A DNA stretch of 64,000 bases from Candidatus Limnocylindrales bacterium (GTDB lineage Bacteria > Chloroflexota > Limnocylindria > Limnocylindrales > CSP1-4), in contig DASTYU010000043.1 in assembly GCA_035764655.1 (NCBI GenBank), forward strand, positions 4,489 to 68,488. The letters are read 5' to 3'. The position numbers were made by a program, and so were the translations under genes. The notes under the pieces are model-generated. The model searched no databases, was not told where the DNA came from, and saw only the letters and a list, made by a program, of their open reading frames with translations. Position 1 is the stretch's first letter, and each line of letters opens with the position of its first letter. Below are positions 29,427-38,309 of this stretch, one piece after another.

Positions 29427-29461
29427 CAGGCTAATGTGGCACCTGTTAGCCGTCAAGAGCT
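29427..29461 (-). promoter_or_regulatory. Sigma-A-like promoter (TTGACG-N17-TAGCCT) about 7 nt before the satD ATG, implying a leaderless mRNA; it overlaps a GGCTAA-N11-TTAGCC palindrome. An adjacent upstream hairpin GCTACTT-N6-AAGTAGC lies at about 29458..29477.
   Basis: Read on the minus strand: cTTGACGgctaacaggtgccacatTAGCCTgctgcgaATGACG. The palindrome spans the spacer and -10, consistent with autoregulation by the HTH-bearing SatD. Coordinates are within 1 nt. Confidence 0.35.
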
Positions 29462-29700
29462 ACTTGGCCGAAAGTAGCCAAATACGGTTGACACACCGGT
29501 GGATGGGTCAGTGACGCAGAGGTGCTCCAGAAGCAACAAATCGGCCCAATCGAAGCTGCGATCAGACCGGGCGAGCGGGGCTGTTGCCGCGTGAATCGCG
29601 TTCGCAGCGCACCACTCGCCGCAGACCAACCGATTCGCCCGATCTGTTGCGCCACGAACACCACCCGGCAGTCGGGGCCGGCAGGCCGGCGACCCGGATT

Positions 29701-31245
29701 TCAGTTTGCGGGCGGCGCGATCCCGCTTGCCCGCAGCACTGGCCCAACCACCGAGGCGATCGCCGCGCGCGTGTCCGGCGTGTCGTAGCGCAGCAGCGGA
29801 TCCGGTTCGAGTGGGTGCTCGTTCACGGCCCCGTCGACGCGCGTGTAGAGCACGGGGTAGATGGCGCCGCTGCCATCGGCCTCGAGCGTGACCATGATGG
29901 CGTTCTCCCCGCCCGCATCGACCGCGTGGGCCAGGGGCTGCACACCCGAATCGCGCAGCCTGCCCGACGGATCGACGGCCACCACACGGGCAAGGTAGGC
30001 GCGCTGGTGGAACAGGTCCGGCGCATCCGCAATTTCCGATGTCAGGAAGTCGATGAGCGTGTCGGGTTCCATCACGGGCCGGTGGATCCCGATCCCGAAG
30101 CGATCCTCGGCCAGGCGGCGCGCCAGGACTCGGGCGTTGTAGCGGGCGCCGTGCACCGCGCCCGAGTTCGACGGGATGCCGTGCTTGCGCAGCCCGCGCG
30201 CGCCCTGACCCAGCGTCCCGGCGAAGAACACGCCGGGCAGGGTCGCGCTCTCCCACCACGGCGTCTGGACGGGCAACCGGCTGGCACCGAAGACCTGGCA
30301 GCCGAGCTTGGGCAGGTCGAGCAGTGGGGCGGTGAATCCGGTCGCGGCAATGATCTCGTCCGCATCGATGGCCATGTCGCCGCCGCCGTCGGAGCGATGC
30401 AGGTGCGCCCGCAGGACGCCGTCGGGAAGCTGCTCGATCGAGCCCGTTGCCGCGTTGAGCACGGACACGCCGCCACCCAGCACGTGGTCCTCGTAGGGCT
30501 GGACGTAGCGGGCACGCACGCCGACCAGCGAACGCGTGTCCACTGAGAGGGACGCCGGTGACGGAGACGACAGCACGATCTGGCGTGCCCAGGGCAGCAG
30601 GCCACTCGCAAGCTCGAACCCGGAGTTCTGCTTGCCGAGGATCAGCACGCGCTTGCCAGCGTATGTCTCCGCCGGCTGGACCTCGCCGTAGTGGTGGGCG
30701 AGCTCGATCCCGGGCGCATCCGGGACATGCGGTTCGGCGACCCCGACGGCCAGCACCAGCACGCGGCAGCGGTACTCGCCGTCGCTCGTTTCGACGACGA
30801 AGGTGGTGGCACCGCCGCGCTCCTCGACGCGCGTCCCGGTCCACGTGCAGCCGTAGCGGACCGCGACCCGAGCGCGCTCAGCGAACGCTGCCAGGTTCGC
30901 CTCCATCTCGGGACGTGATGGGAAGTACGAGCTGCCGTCCATGAACGTTGGCTGCAGGGCCTGGGCCGAGGCACGCATGGTCAGCAGGCTGTTCCAGTCG
31001 TATCGCTCGTACGCGCGCGTGCCGCGTTCGACCGGGGCGTGCGGCTTCGTCCACGACAGGAGGCGCTGGAAGAACGGCCACCGCCGGAACATGCCGCCCG
31101 GCGACGGATCCTGCGAGATGACGGCGTGGTCGATGCCAACCTCGGCCAGGGCATGCGAGACCTGCAGGCCGCCTGGGCCGCTGCCGACCACGACGACCGG
31201 GTACGCGCCCGCTGGGAACGGCTGGCCGGGAGCCCCCACGGTCAC
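29701..31245 (-). CDS. FAD/NAD(P)-binding oxidoreductase (flavin monooxygenase / pyridine nucleotide-disulfide oxidoreductase-like) with a 130-aa C-terminal extension
   Basis: VVVVGSGPGGL dinucleotide-binding motif, second Rossmann motif VLILGKQNSGFE, ATG(F/Y) motif near residue 300. Confidence 0.75.
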   Translation of the reverse strand: MTVGAPGQPFPAGAYPVVVVGSGPGGLQVSHALAEVGIDHAVISQDPSPGGMFRRWPFFQRLLSWTKPHAPVERGTRAYERYDWNSLLTMRASAQALQPTFMDGSSYFPSRPEMEANLAAFAERARVAVRYGCTWTGTRVEERGGATTFVVETSDGEYRCRVLVLAVGVAEPHVPDAPGIELAHHYGEVQPAETYAGKRVLILGKQNSGFELASGLLPWARQIVLSSPSPASLSVDTRSLVGVRARYVQPYEDHVLGGGVSVLNAATGSIEQLPDGVLRAHLHRSDGGGDMAIDADEIIAATGFTAPLLDLPKLGCQVFGASRLPVQTPWWESATLPGVFFAGTLGQGARGLRKHGIPSNSGAVHGARYNARVLARRLAEDRFGIGIHRPVMEPDTLIDFLTSEIADAPDLFHQRAYLARVVAVDPSGRLRDSGVQPLAHAVDAGGENAIMVTLEADGSGAIYPVLYTRVDGAVNEHPLEPDPLLRYDTPDTRAAIASVVGPVLRASGIAPPAN

Positions 31246-31246
31246 C

Positions 31247-31669
31247 TCAGCTCCGGAACCGCTGGGCGCTCTGGAGCCGCCGCGTCTGTGCCTGCAGCAT
31301 CCGATAGAGCACCCGCGGGTTGGCGATCAGGAACTGCTCGAGCTGCGGGCCGGGCAAGACGAGGCACTGCAACGCACGGAGCGCGACGACGTCCGCGATG
31401 GGCGGTTGGCCGAGCAGAATCGACGCCTCGCCGAAGAAGTCGCCACGGGTCAACTTGGCACGCTCGGTGCCGTCGACGACCACGCTCGCCTCGCCGTCGA
31501 GCACGACGAAGAACCCGGAGCCCGTGAGCCCCTGCCGCAGGACACGTTCCCCTTCGGCGAACAGGACCTCCTCCATGAGGTGCACGACCGAGGTCAGCTG
31601 GGGCCGGCTGAGGTCGCCGAACAACGTGAACCCGGCGAGTGCGTCGACGAGCTCCTCGCGAGTTGCCAT
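31247..31669 (-). CDS. Stand-alone cyclic-nucleotide-binding (CAP effector) domain protein, 141 aa
   Basis: FGEASILLG phosphate-binding-cassette-like segment, but the conserved Arg of the PBC (R-[ST]-A) is replaced (PIADV). No HTH. Confidence 0.6.
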   Translation of the reverse strand: MATREELVDALAGFTLFGDLSRPQLTSVVHLMEEVLFAEGERVLRQGLTGSGFFVVLDGEASVVVDGTERAKLTRGDFFGEASILLGQPPIADVVALRALQCLVLPGPQLEQFLIANPRVLYRMLQAQTRRLQSAQRFRS

Positions 31670-31815
31670 GCCGCCTCCATCGTCGATCACTCGCCGGCTG
31701 ACCGCGGCCGGCGCGCTCCCCGGATGGTGCCAGACCCGGCCACGGACTGGAAGCGCGCCGTGCGGTTGACGGCGGTCCGGCCGCGGGCGAGCATGCTGCG
31801 CAGCACGGAGGCTCC

Positions 31816-32244
31816 ATGCCACTCTCCCGCGAAGAGAAGATCGACATGCTCGGCTCCATGCCGCTGTTCCAGGGCGTGGACGCGGAGGACCTCGGCGGGA
31901 TTGCCGACCGGACCGTCGAGGTCGACTACGCCGCCGGCGGCGTGATCGTCCGCGAGGGCGAGATCGGCACGGGCTTCTTCGTCATCGTGTCGGGTTCAGT
32001 CCGCGTGGTTCGCGACGGCGAGACGGTGATCACCCTTGGGCGCGGCGAGTTCTTCGGGGAGCTGTCGGTGCTCGATCGGCGCCCGCGGATCGCGCAGGTC
32101 GTCGCCGCGGAGCCGACGACGTGCCTCGCCCTGGCGTCCTGGGACCTGGAAGCGGTCATCGCCGAGCAGCCGCGCGTGGCACTGGCCATGCTGCGCGTGC
32201 TCGCCGAACGCCTTCGCGACCTCTCAGACGCCCACCGCCACTGA
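31816..32244 (+). CDS. Stand-alone cyclic-nucleotide-binding (CAP effector) domain protein, 142 aa
   Basis: LFQGV...GGVIVREGEIGTGFFVIVSGSVRV...GEFFGELSVLDRRPRIAQVVA has a canonical PBC with Arg. No DNA-binding domain. Divergent from the preceding gene. Confidence 0.75.
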   Translation: MPLSREEKIDMLGSMPLFQGVDAEDLGGIADRTVEVDYAAGGVIVREGEIGTGFFVIVSGSVRVVRDGETVITLGRGEFFGELSVLDRRPRIAQVVAAEPTTCLALASWDLEAVIAEQPRVALAMLRVLAERLRDLSDAHRH

Positions 32245-32261
32245 GCTGGGATGGCGCCGAG

Positions 32262-35003
32262 GTGACCGACCCAGGCAGGGCGACGACGAGGACCGTGACG
32301 TTCCTGTTCACGGATATCGAGGGCTCGACCCGGCTCGAGCTCGAGCTTGGCACGGCCCGCTATTCAGCCGTGCGCGAGCGCCATCGCGAGTTGCTGCGGG
32401 CGGCCTTCGCCGCCCACGATGGCGAGGAGCGGAGCACCGAGGGCGACTCGTTCTTCGTGCTGTTCGACACTGCCCGCTCGGCCATCCGTGCCGCGATCGA
32501 CGGCCAGCGCGCGCTCGCCGCGGAGCCATGGCCGGACGGCGTCACGGTCAAGGTCCGGATGGGCGTGCACAGCGGCGAGGCGCTGCTCGAGTTCGGCGAC
32601 GTGGCCGGCTACGACGTCAATCGCGCAGCCCGCATCGCGGCCACGGCGTGGGGCGGCCAGATCGTCGTGTCCGACGCCGTGCGGGCACTGGCCGACGGCG
32701 CGGGTGAGGCCTTCCAGCTGCGCGGCCTCGGCGAGCACCGGCTGAAGGACCTGCTGGCCCCTGAACGGCTTTCCCAGGTGGTCGCGCCGGGCCTGCTCGA
32801 GCAGTTCCCGCCGCTCCGTTCGCTCGACACGCGACCGAACAATCTGCCAACGCAGCTCACGTCGTTCGTCGGACGCCACGACGAGCTGGAGGAGGCGCTG
32901 CGCCTGCTGCGCGGCACTCGCCTGCTGACGCTCACCGGGCCCGGTGGGATCGGCAAGACGCGGCTGTCGCTGCAGGTGGCGGCAGCGGCCGCGGACGACT
33001 TCCCGGATGGTGTCTGGTTCGTGCCGCTGGAACCGGTCCGCGAGCGGGAGCTCGTGGCACCCACGATTGCCCGGGTCATCGGCGTGACCGACAAGGCCAG
33101 CCGGCCGGTCCTCGACGGCATCGCCGAGGCGCTGGGCGACGGGCGTGTCCTGTTCGTCCTCGACAACTTCGAGCAGGCGATCGATGCGGCACCAGTCCTT
33201 CCGGAAATGCTCGCCCGCTCGACCGGGCTGCGCATCCTGGTGTCGAGCAGGACCGCCCTGCGGGTCTCGGGCGAGCAGGAGTTCCCGGTGCCCGGGCTGC
33301 CGACGCCACCTGACCCGTCGCGCATCCCGGAGCTGGAGCGGCTCAACCTGCCCGCCAAGCTGCGCACCGTGAGCGCTGCCACGCTCGAAGGCTTCGAGTC
33401 CGCCCAGTTGTTCGTCGCCCGCGCGCGTTCGGTGCGACCCGGCTTCGAGCTGACCGATGGCAATGCCCCGGCCGTTGCGCGGATCACCGCCCGGCTGCAC
33501 GGCATGCCGCTCGCCATCGAGCTCGCCGCGGCGCGAATCAAGCTGCTGTCCCCCGAGCAGATCGTGGATCGTCTGGAGGGGCACCTTGCGCTCCTGACCT
33601 CCGGCTCGCGAGACCTGCCCGAACGCCAGCAGACGCTGCGCGGAGCGATCGCCTGGAGCTACGACCTGCTCGATCCTGGCACACGGCGCCTGCTCAACCG
33701 CCTGGCCGTGTTCGTCGGCGGCTGCGAGCTGGATCTCGCCGACCGGGTGTGCGGGCCGGCAAGCGAGCTCGGGGTCGACGTCCTCGATGGCGTCGGTACG
33801 CTGATCGACCAGAGCCTGCTCCGGGTCAGCGAGGCGGACGACGCCCAGCGCTACCTCATGTTCGACGCCATCCGCGAGTACGCGTCCGAGATGCTCACGA
33901 CGAGCGGCGAATGCGACGACATCGAAGAGCGCCGCAGCCGGGCATTCCTGGACCTGGCCGAGGAGGCCGCGCCACAGCTCCGCGGCGCGGACCAGCGGCG
34001 CTGGCTGGATCGCCTCGAACGCGAGCACGACAACCTGCGCGCGACCCTGATGTGGGCTGTTTCGCGCCCGGACCCCGAGGTCGGGGTGCGGGTCGCCTTC
34101 GCGCTGTGGCGGTTCTGGCAGCAGCGCGGCTACCTCAACGAGGCCCGCACGCGCCTCGACGAGATGCGCGGCCAGGATTGGGATCTCTCGCCCGTGCTGC
34201 GTGCGCGTCTCGCCGAGGCGCGCGGCGGCGTGGCGTACTGGCAGGCCGATCAGGCGACGGCCGAGGCCTGCTACACCGAAGCGCTCGCGCTGTGGCGCGA
34301 AATCGGCGACGGGCGCGAGATCGCCAACGCGCTGTACAACCGGGCATACGCCGAGGCCGCCTGGATCATGGGCGGCGCGAGTGGCGCGGGCGACGCTCCG
34401 GGGGCTTGGACGATGCTCGAGGAGGCGCTCCAGATCTACCGCGACCTCGGCGACGTCGAAGGCGAAGCCAACATCCTGTGGGCGATGGGCAGCTTCGCCT
34501 TCTTCGCCAACCGCATGGCCGACGCCGAGGGGACGTACCGCGAAGCGCTGGCGCTCCACCGGGCCGGCAAGAACCGGACCATGGAGGCCTGGTCGCTCCA
34601 CATGCTGGCGCTCGCGCTGGTCTCCCAGAAACGGGCGCAGGAGGCGAAGATGGCCGCGCGCGAGGCGCTCGCGTTCTTCAAGGAGGCCGGCGACGTAGCC
34701 GGCATCACGCTGGTGCTCGACGATCTGTCAGGCGTGGCGATCTTCGACGAAGACCTGCCACGGGCCGGCCGAATGTGGGGCGCGGCGCGCCATCTCCAGG
34801 AGATCACGGGGGCGGACCTGGCGGCATTCAACGAGACCGGGTTCGGGTCGCTCGGCTACCCGACGGCGCGCCAGGTCCTGTCGCCCGAGGATCTCGAGCG
34901 CTACGCGGCCGAAGGCGCGGCCATGAGCCTCGACGAGGCGGTCGCCTACGCGTTCGAGACGTTCCAGACGCCCGCCGAGCCCGAGCCGACCGGTCTACCA
35001 TGA
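32262..35003 (+). CDS. Class III adenylate cyclase fused to an NB-ARC/AAA ATPase and C-terminal TPR repeats (STAND-type signalling protein)
   Basis: Cyclase domain with metal-binding D residues (FTDIEGST, EGDSFF) and the transition-state NRAARI; P-loop GPGGIGKTRL; multiple TPR-like repeats. GTG start 18 nt after the stop of the preceding gene. Confidence 0.85.
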   Translation: MTDPGRATTRTVTFLFTDIEGSTRLELELGTARYSAVRERHRELLRAAFAAHDGEERSTEGDSFFVLFDTARSAIRAAIDGQRALAAEPWPDGVTVKVRMGVHSGEALLEFGDVAGYDVNRAARIAATAWGGQIVVSDAVRALADGAGEAFQLRGLGEHRLKDLLAPERLSQVVAPGLLEQFPPLRSLDTRPNNLPTQLTSFVGRHDELEEALRLLRGTRLLTLTGPGGIGKTRLSLQVAAAAADDFPDGVWFVPLEPVRERELVAPTIARVIGVTDKASRPVLDGIAEALGDGRVLFVLDNFEQAIDAAPVLPEMLARSTGLRILVSSRTALRVSGEQEFPVPGLPTPPDPSRIPELERLNLPAKLRTVSAATLEGFESAQLFVARARSVRPGFELTDGNAPAVARITARLHGMPLAIELAAARIKLLSPEQIVDRLEGHLALLTSGSRDLPERQQTLRGAIAWSYDLLDPGTRRLLNRLAVFVGGCELDLADRVCGPASELGVDVLDGVGTLIDQSLLRVSEADDAQRYLMFDAIREYASEMLTTSGECDDIEERRSRAFLDLAEEAAPQLRGADQRRWLDRLEREHDNLRATLMWAVSRPDPEVGVRVAFALWRFWQQRGYLNEARTRLDEMRGQDWDLSPVLRARLAEARGGVAYWQADQATAEACYTEALALWREIGDGREIANALYNRAYAEAAWIMGGASGAGDAPGAWTMLEEALQIYRDLGDVEGEANILWAMGSFAFFANRMADAEGTYREALALHRAGKNRTMEAWSLHMLALALVSQKRAQEAKMAAREALAFFKEAGDVAGITLVLDDLSGVAIFDEDLPRAGRMWGAARHLQEITGADLAAFNETGFGSLGYPTARQVLSPEDLERYAAEGAAMSLDEAVAYAFETFQTPAEPEPTGLP

Positions 35004-35194
35004 CGCTCGTGATCGAGCGCGCGCCGCAGCCATTCAACGTGGTGGACGACGAGCCTCTCGAGGCGCCGGCCGCCGAACCGGATCCGGCCGCCATCGTCCT
35101 CACCTGCGCCAACTGCGGATCGCGCATGGACGAGCGCAAGTGCAAGCTCATCTGCTCGTGCGGCTATTTCGCATCCTGTTCGGATTACTACTGA
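35000..35194 (+). CDS. Cysteine-rich microprotein (putative zinc ribbon), 64 aa, translationally coupled to the cyclase gene
   Basis: ATGA overlap with the cyclase stop; LTCANCGSRMDERKCKLICSCGYFASCSDYY has 7 Cys; high GC3. Confidence 0.4.
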   Translation: MTLVIERAPQPFNVVDDEPLEAPAAEPDPAAIVLTCANCGSRMDERKCKLICSCGYFASCSDYY

Positions 35195-35198
35195 GCGC

Positions 35199-35633
35199 GT
35201 GTCGGCCGTGGCCCAGCCGATCGAACCCATCACCCTGAAGGCCACGACGAGCGGCTCGCCGGCGGCCGCATGGGCGGCGCTCACGGACCCGATGCTCGTC
35301 GTCGAGTGGTTCACCGAGGCGTCGCCGGTCGGGCCGGTCGGCAGCCCCTACCGGCTCGACTTCGGCGACGGCAGCGTGATCAGCGGCCGGATCCGGGCGC
35401 TCGAACCCGGCCATCGGCTGGCCTACAGCTGGGCGTGGGCGGACACCGAGCCGGTCGAAGAGACGCTGGTGACGTGGACGGTCGAGCCGCTGCCCGACGG
35501 CGGCACGGAGGTCACGCTCGAGCACGACGGCTGGGCGGAGGCGGGCTCCGACGAGACGGCACGCAACGATCACGCCGGCTACTGGGAGGGCTATCTCGAG
35601 GACCTCGTCGCGGTCCTCGACGAGGAGGCGTGA
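35199..35633 (+). CDS. SRPBCC superfamily protein (Aha1/AHSA1-like domain)
   Basis: GTG start; 144 aa with the Aha1-like pattern WAALTDP...WF...G..Y...DG....G.I..LEPG.RLAY.W....EP....V.W. Confidence 0.75.
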   Translation: MSAVAQPIEPITLKATTSGSPAAAWAALTDPMLVVEWFTEASPVGPVGSPYRLDFGDGSVISGRIRALEPGHRLAYSWAWADTEPVEETLVTWTVEPLPDGGTEVTLEHDGWAEAGSDETARNDHAGYWEGYLEDLVAVLDEEA

Positions 35634-35658
35634 GGCGATCCGGTAGACTGGCCCTCCG

Positions 35659-36540
35659 ATGACGGCCGAGCCGACGACCCCGCCACCTGCCGCGGCGGCC
35701 CCGCGCGAGAAGACCGCGATCCCGAAGAACCCGGGCCGGCGCGATCTCGGCCTGAAGGCGACGCTGCTCTTCCCCGACCGCGACATCGTCGAGAAGTTCT
35801 ACGTCCCGATCATCTACACGGCCTGCCGGACGTGCTACTCGGAGCAGGAGCCGGAGGTCATCTTCGAGCGCGCGCTGGCCGGCGACTTCGACCCGCTCAA
35901 GATGCAGAAGCTGATCAGCGGCGTGATCGAGTCGGGCCACGGGTCGACGATCGAGCACGTCGTGTTCACGTTCGCGATCAGCGGCGTGTCACGGACCCTG
36001 TCGCACCAGCTCGTGCGCCACCGCGCGGGCGTGGCGTTCGACCAGCAGAGCCAGCGCTACGTCAAGTTCAAGGGCGCGGCCACGATGCTCCCGACGACGA
36101 TCGCCGAAGGCGACGGGGACCTGCGCGACCGGTACGAGTCGCAGGTGGACGGGGCACTGGGGTTGTACGGCGAGCTTGTCCAGGCCGGGGTGCCGGGCGA
36201 GGATGCGCGCTTCGTGTTCCCCAATGCGACGCGTACGAACCTGGTCATGACCACGAACCTGCGTGCGCTCATCCACATGTCCGGGCTGCGCCTGTGCACG
36301 ATGGCCCAGTGGGAGATCCGCCGGCTGTTCCAGCTGATCCGCCACGAGATCTTCCAGGTGTCCCCGTTCCTGGGGTCGTTCCTCGCGCCGAAGTGCGTCC
36401 CCCTGGGTTACTGCGACGAGATGGGCAACCGCGACCAGCACTGCCCCATCCGGCCGCACAAGGATCGCGTCCTGGAGGCGTGGGCCGAAAAGGCCGCGGC
36501 GGCGAAGGCCGCCGGCCGGGAGCTGCCGGTCACCTCGTAG
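35659..36540 (+). CDS. thyX: Flavin-dependent thymidylate synthase ThyX
   Basis: ThyX motif RHRxxxxxQxSQRY (LVRHRAGVAFDQQSQRY) plus conserved TNLVMTTNLRAL and HMSGLR. Confidence 0.9.
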   Translation: MTAEPTTPPPAAAAPREKTAIPKNPGRRDLGLKATLLFPDRDIVEKFYVPIIYTACRTCYSEQEPEVIFERALAGDFDPLKMQKLISGVIESGHGSTIEHVVFTFAISGVSRTLSHQLVRHRAGVAFDQQSQRYVKFKGAATMLPTTIAEGDGDLRDRYESQVDGALGLYGELVQAGVPGEDARFVFPNATRTNLVMTTNLRALIHMSGLRLCTMAQWEIRRLFQLIRHEIFQVSPFLGSFLAPKCVPLGYCDEMGNRDQHCPIRPHKDRVLEAWAEKAAAAKAAGRELPVTS

Positions 36541-36700
36541 CCTCGGTCGGCTGCGAGTCGCCATCCTGTTCGCCGCCGATAACCGCGGCTTGTCAGATTT
36601 CCACGAACGTGCATGCCCACTCGGCACGGGACGACGTTCGGGCTCTCTGGCGTGCGTGGTGGTGCGATTTCGATAAGCATCGCTGATCGACCACGGCAGG

Positions 36701-37564
36701 TCAGGCCGCGGGAAGGTCCGCGAGGAATCGCCTGATCACGCGCGCGAGGCGCGGGCCGGCCTCGGCGCCCGCGGCCAGCACCTCCTCGTGGGTGAGCACC
36801 TCGCCCGTGTAACCGGCGCCCGCGTTCGTCACGAGTGACACGCCGCACACCTTGAGACCCGCCCAGCGGGCGGCAATGCACTCCAGCACGGTCGACATGC
36901 CGACCGCGTCCGCCCCGAGCGTGTGGAGCACGCGGACCTCGGACGGGGTCTCGTACTGGGGCCCCGTCAGGCCCGCGTAGACCCCCTCGGTGAGGTCGAC
37001 CTCCTCGGCGCGCCCGGCCGACTTCAGGCGGTCACGAAGGTCGGGATCCCACGCGTCGGTCAGATCCGGGAAGCGCGGCCCGATCCCGTCCGCGTTCGGG
37101 CCGAGCAACGGGGTGCGCGCGGTGAAGTTCACGTGATCGGCGATCACCATCAGGGTCCCGGGCCCGAAATCGCGGTTGATGCCGCCGGCGGCGTTCGTGA
37201 GCACGACCAGCCGCGCACCGAGCCGCTGGAACAGGAGCACCGGCTGAACGACCAACCCCGGGTCGTTGCCTTCGTACAGGTGGAAGCGGCCCTGGAGCAT
37301 GACCACCGGCGTCCGGCCGATCCGGCCAAGCAGCAAACGGCCGACGTGGCCGGGCGCCGTCGCGGCGGGCCAGCCCGGCAGGTCCTCGAAGGGGATCGCC
37401 ACGGCGTCTTCCACATCGTCGGCGAGGCCTCCGAGCCCCGACCCGAGCACGACGCCCGCGACGGGCCGAAGGTCGGTCCGCGCGCGAACCGCGGCTTCGA
37501 GGGCGTCGAGACGGGCGGGCTGCTCGGAGGGTGGGATGGGCCGGCCGGGATCATCCGCGGGCAT
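36701..37564 (-). CDS. punA: Purine nucleoside phosphorylase (PNP/MTAP family 2)
   Basis: VVLGSGLGGLAD, VVMLQGRFHLYEG, LTNAAGG, GPQYETPSE, GADAVGMSTVLE motifs. Start at MPADDPG (codon 80). Confidence 0.85.
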   Translation of the reverse strand: MPADDPGRPIPPSEQPARLDALEAAVRARTDLRPVAGVVLGSGLGGLADDVEDAVAIPFEDLPGWPAATAPGHVGRLLLGRIGRTPVVMLQGRFHLYEGNDPGLVVQPVLLFQRLGARLVVLTNAAGGINRDFGPGTLMVIADHVNFTARTPLLGPNADGIGPRFPDLTDAWDPDLRDRLKSAGRAEEVDLTEGVYAGLTGPQYETPSEVRVLHTLGADAVGMSTVLECIAARWAGLKVCGVSLVTNAGAGYTGEVLTHEEVLAAGAEAGPRLARVIRRFLADLPAA

Positions 37565-37822
37565 GCGGGCCTCCAGGAACGCGTCCAGGGGGTAGACGGC
37601 CGAGGCCCGCGGAGCTTCGATCGCCCGACGGAAGTACCGACACCGGGATGCCGGTCGCGTCCCGTCGGGCGAACGCCCGCGGTCGGCCGTGGTCAGACAG
37701 CCGCACGAAGGCGGGCAACGAAGCGCCCGAAGCGACCGGCGATGGAGCGAAGAGCCTTGATGTGATCTCAGTCCTTCGTTCCTGCAGGCCCCTTCGGGCA
37801 AGACGTACGGTACGGGCGGCCC

Positions 37823-37917
37823 GGTGGACGGTCAACGCGGTTATCCACGAACTTGGGCCGAGGCCGCCAACCGGTATCCACGAACTTGTGAACCGCTGTG
37901 GAAAAGCCTGTGGACGG
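37823..37917. promoter_or_regulatory. Cluster of 4-5 DnaA-box-like 9-mers inside a 745-bp non-coding gap (direct repeat GGT(T)ATCCACGAACTTG x2 plus two inverted boxes)
   Basis: ttatccacg (37841), gtatccacg (37875), tgtggaaaa = revcomp TTTTCCACA (37897), tgtggacgg = revcomp CCGTCCACA (37909), ggtggacgg (37823). Compare the consensus TTATCCACA and the actinobacterial TTGTCCACA. Confidence 0.35.
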
Positions 37918-38309
37918 ACCGGCGCGTGCGCTTCGGTGGCGTCTTCGCGGTGGATTCGGCCGGCGCCGCCGCCGACGCCGGGGCCGACGCCGCCGCGTTC
38001 ATGGTCGGCCCACCGCCCCCACTCGTGCTCCGGGCGCTACGGAGCGCGCTCCGCTGTCCCGAGCGTCGCTTGACGCTCGAGTCAGCGCACGCATTCGTGC
38101 CGCGTGCGAGGTGGGATCGACAACGGGTCACCACGCGGCGCCCGAAGGCGGCCCTTTCGCTGCGTAAGGATTCCTCCTCGCACGCAGCATCGTCGGGATT
38201 CGTAGCGAGATGCGCAAGGCGTCGGCGCGCCACGTCCGGTTCCGTCCCTGATTGCCCGGGCACGCATGGGCGCGATATTCGGTTCGCGAACCGGTCGGGT
38301 AGCCGCCGG

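Noticed and set aside
31670-31815. Possible promoter TTGACG-N18-AGCATG between the divergent cNMP-binding genes
   Set aside because: The -10 match is poor and the spacing is non-optimal, so it is not reported as a feature.
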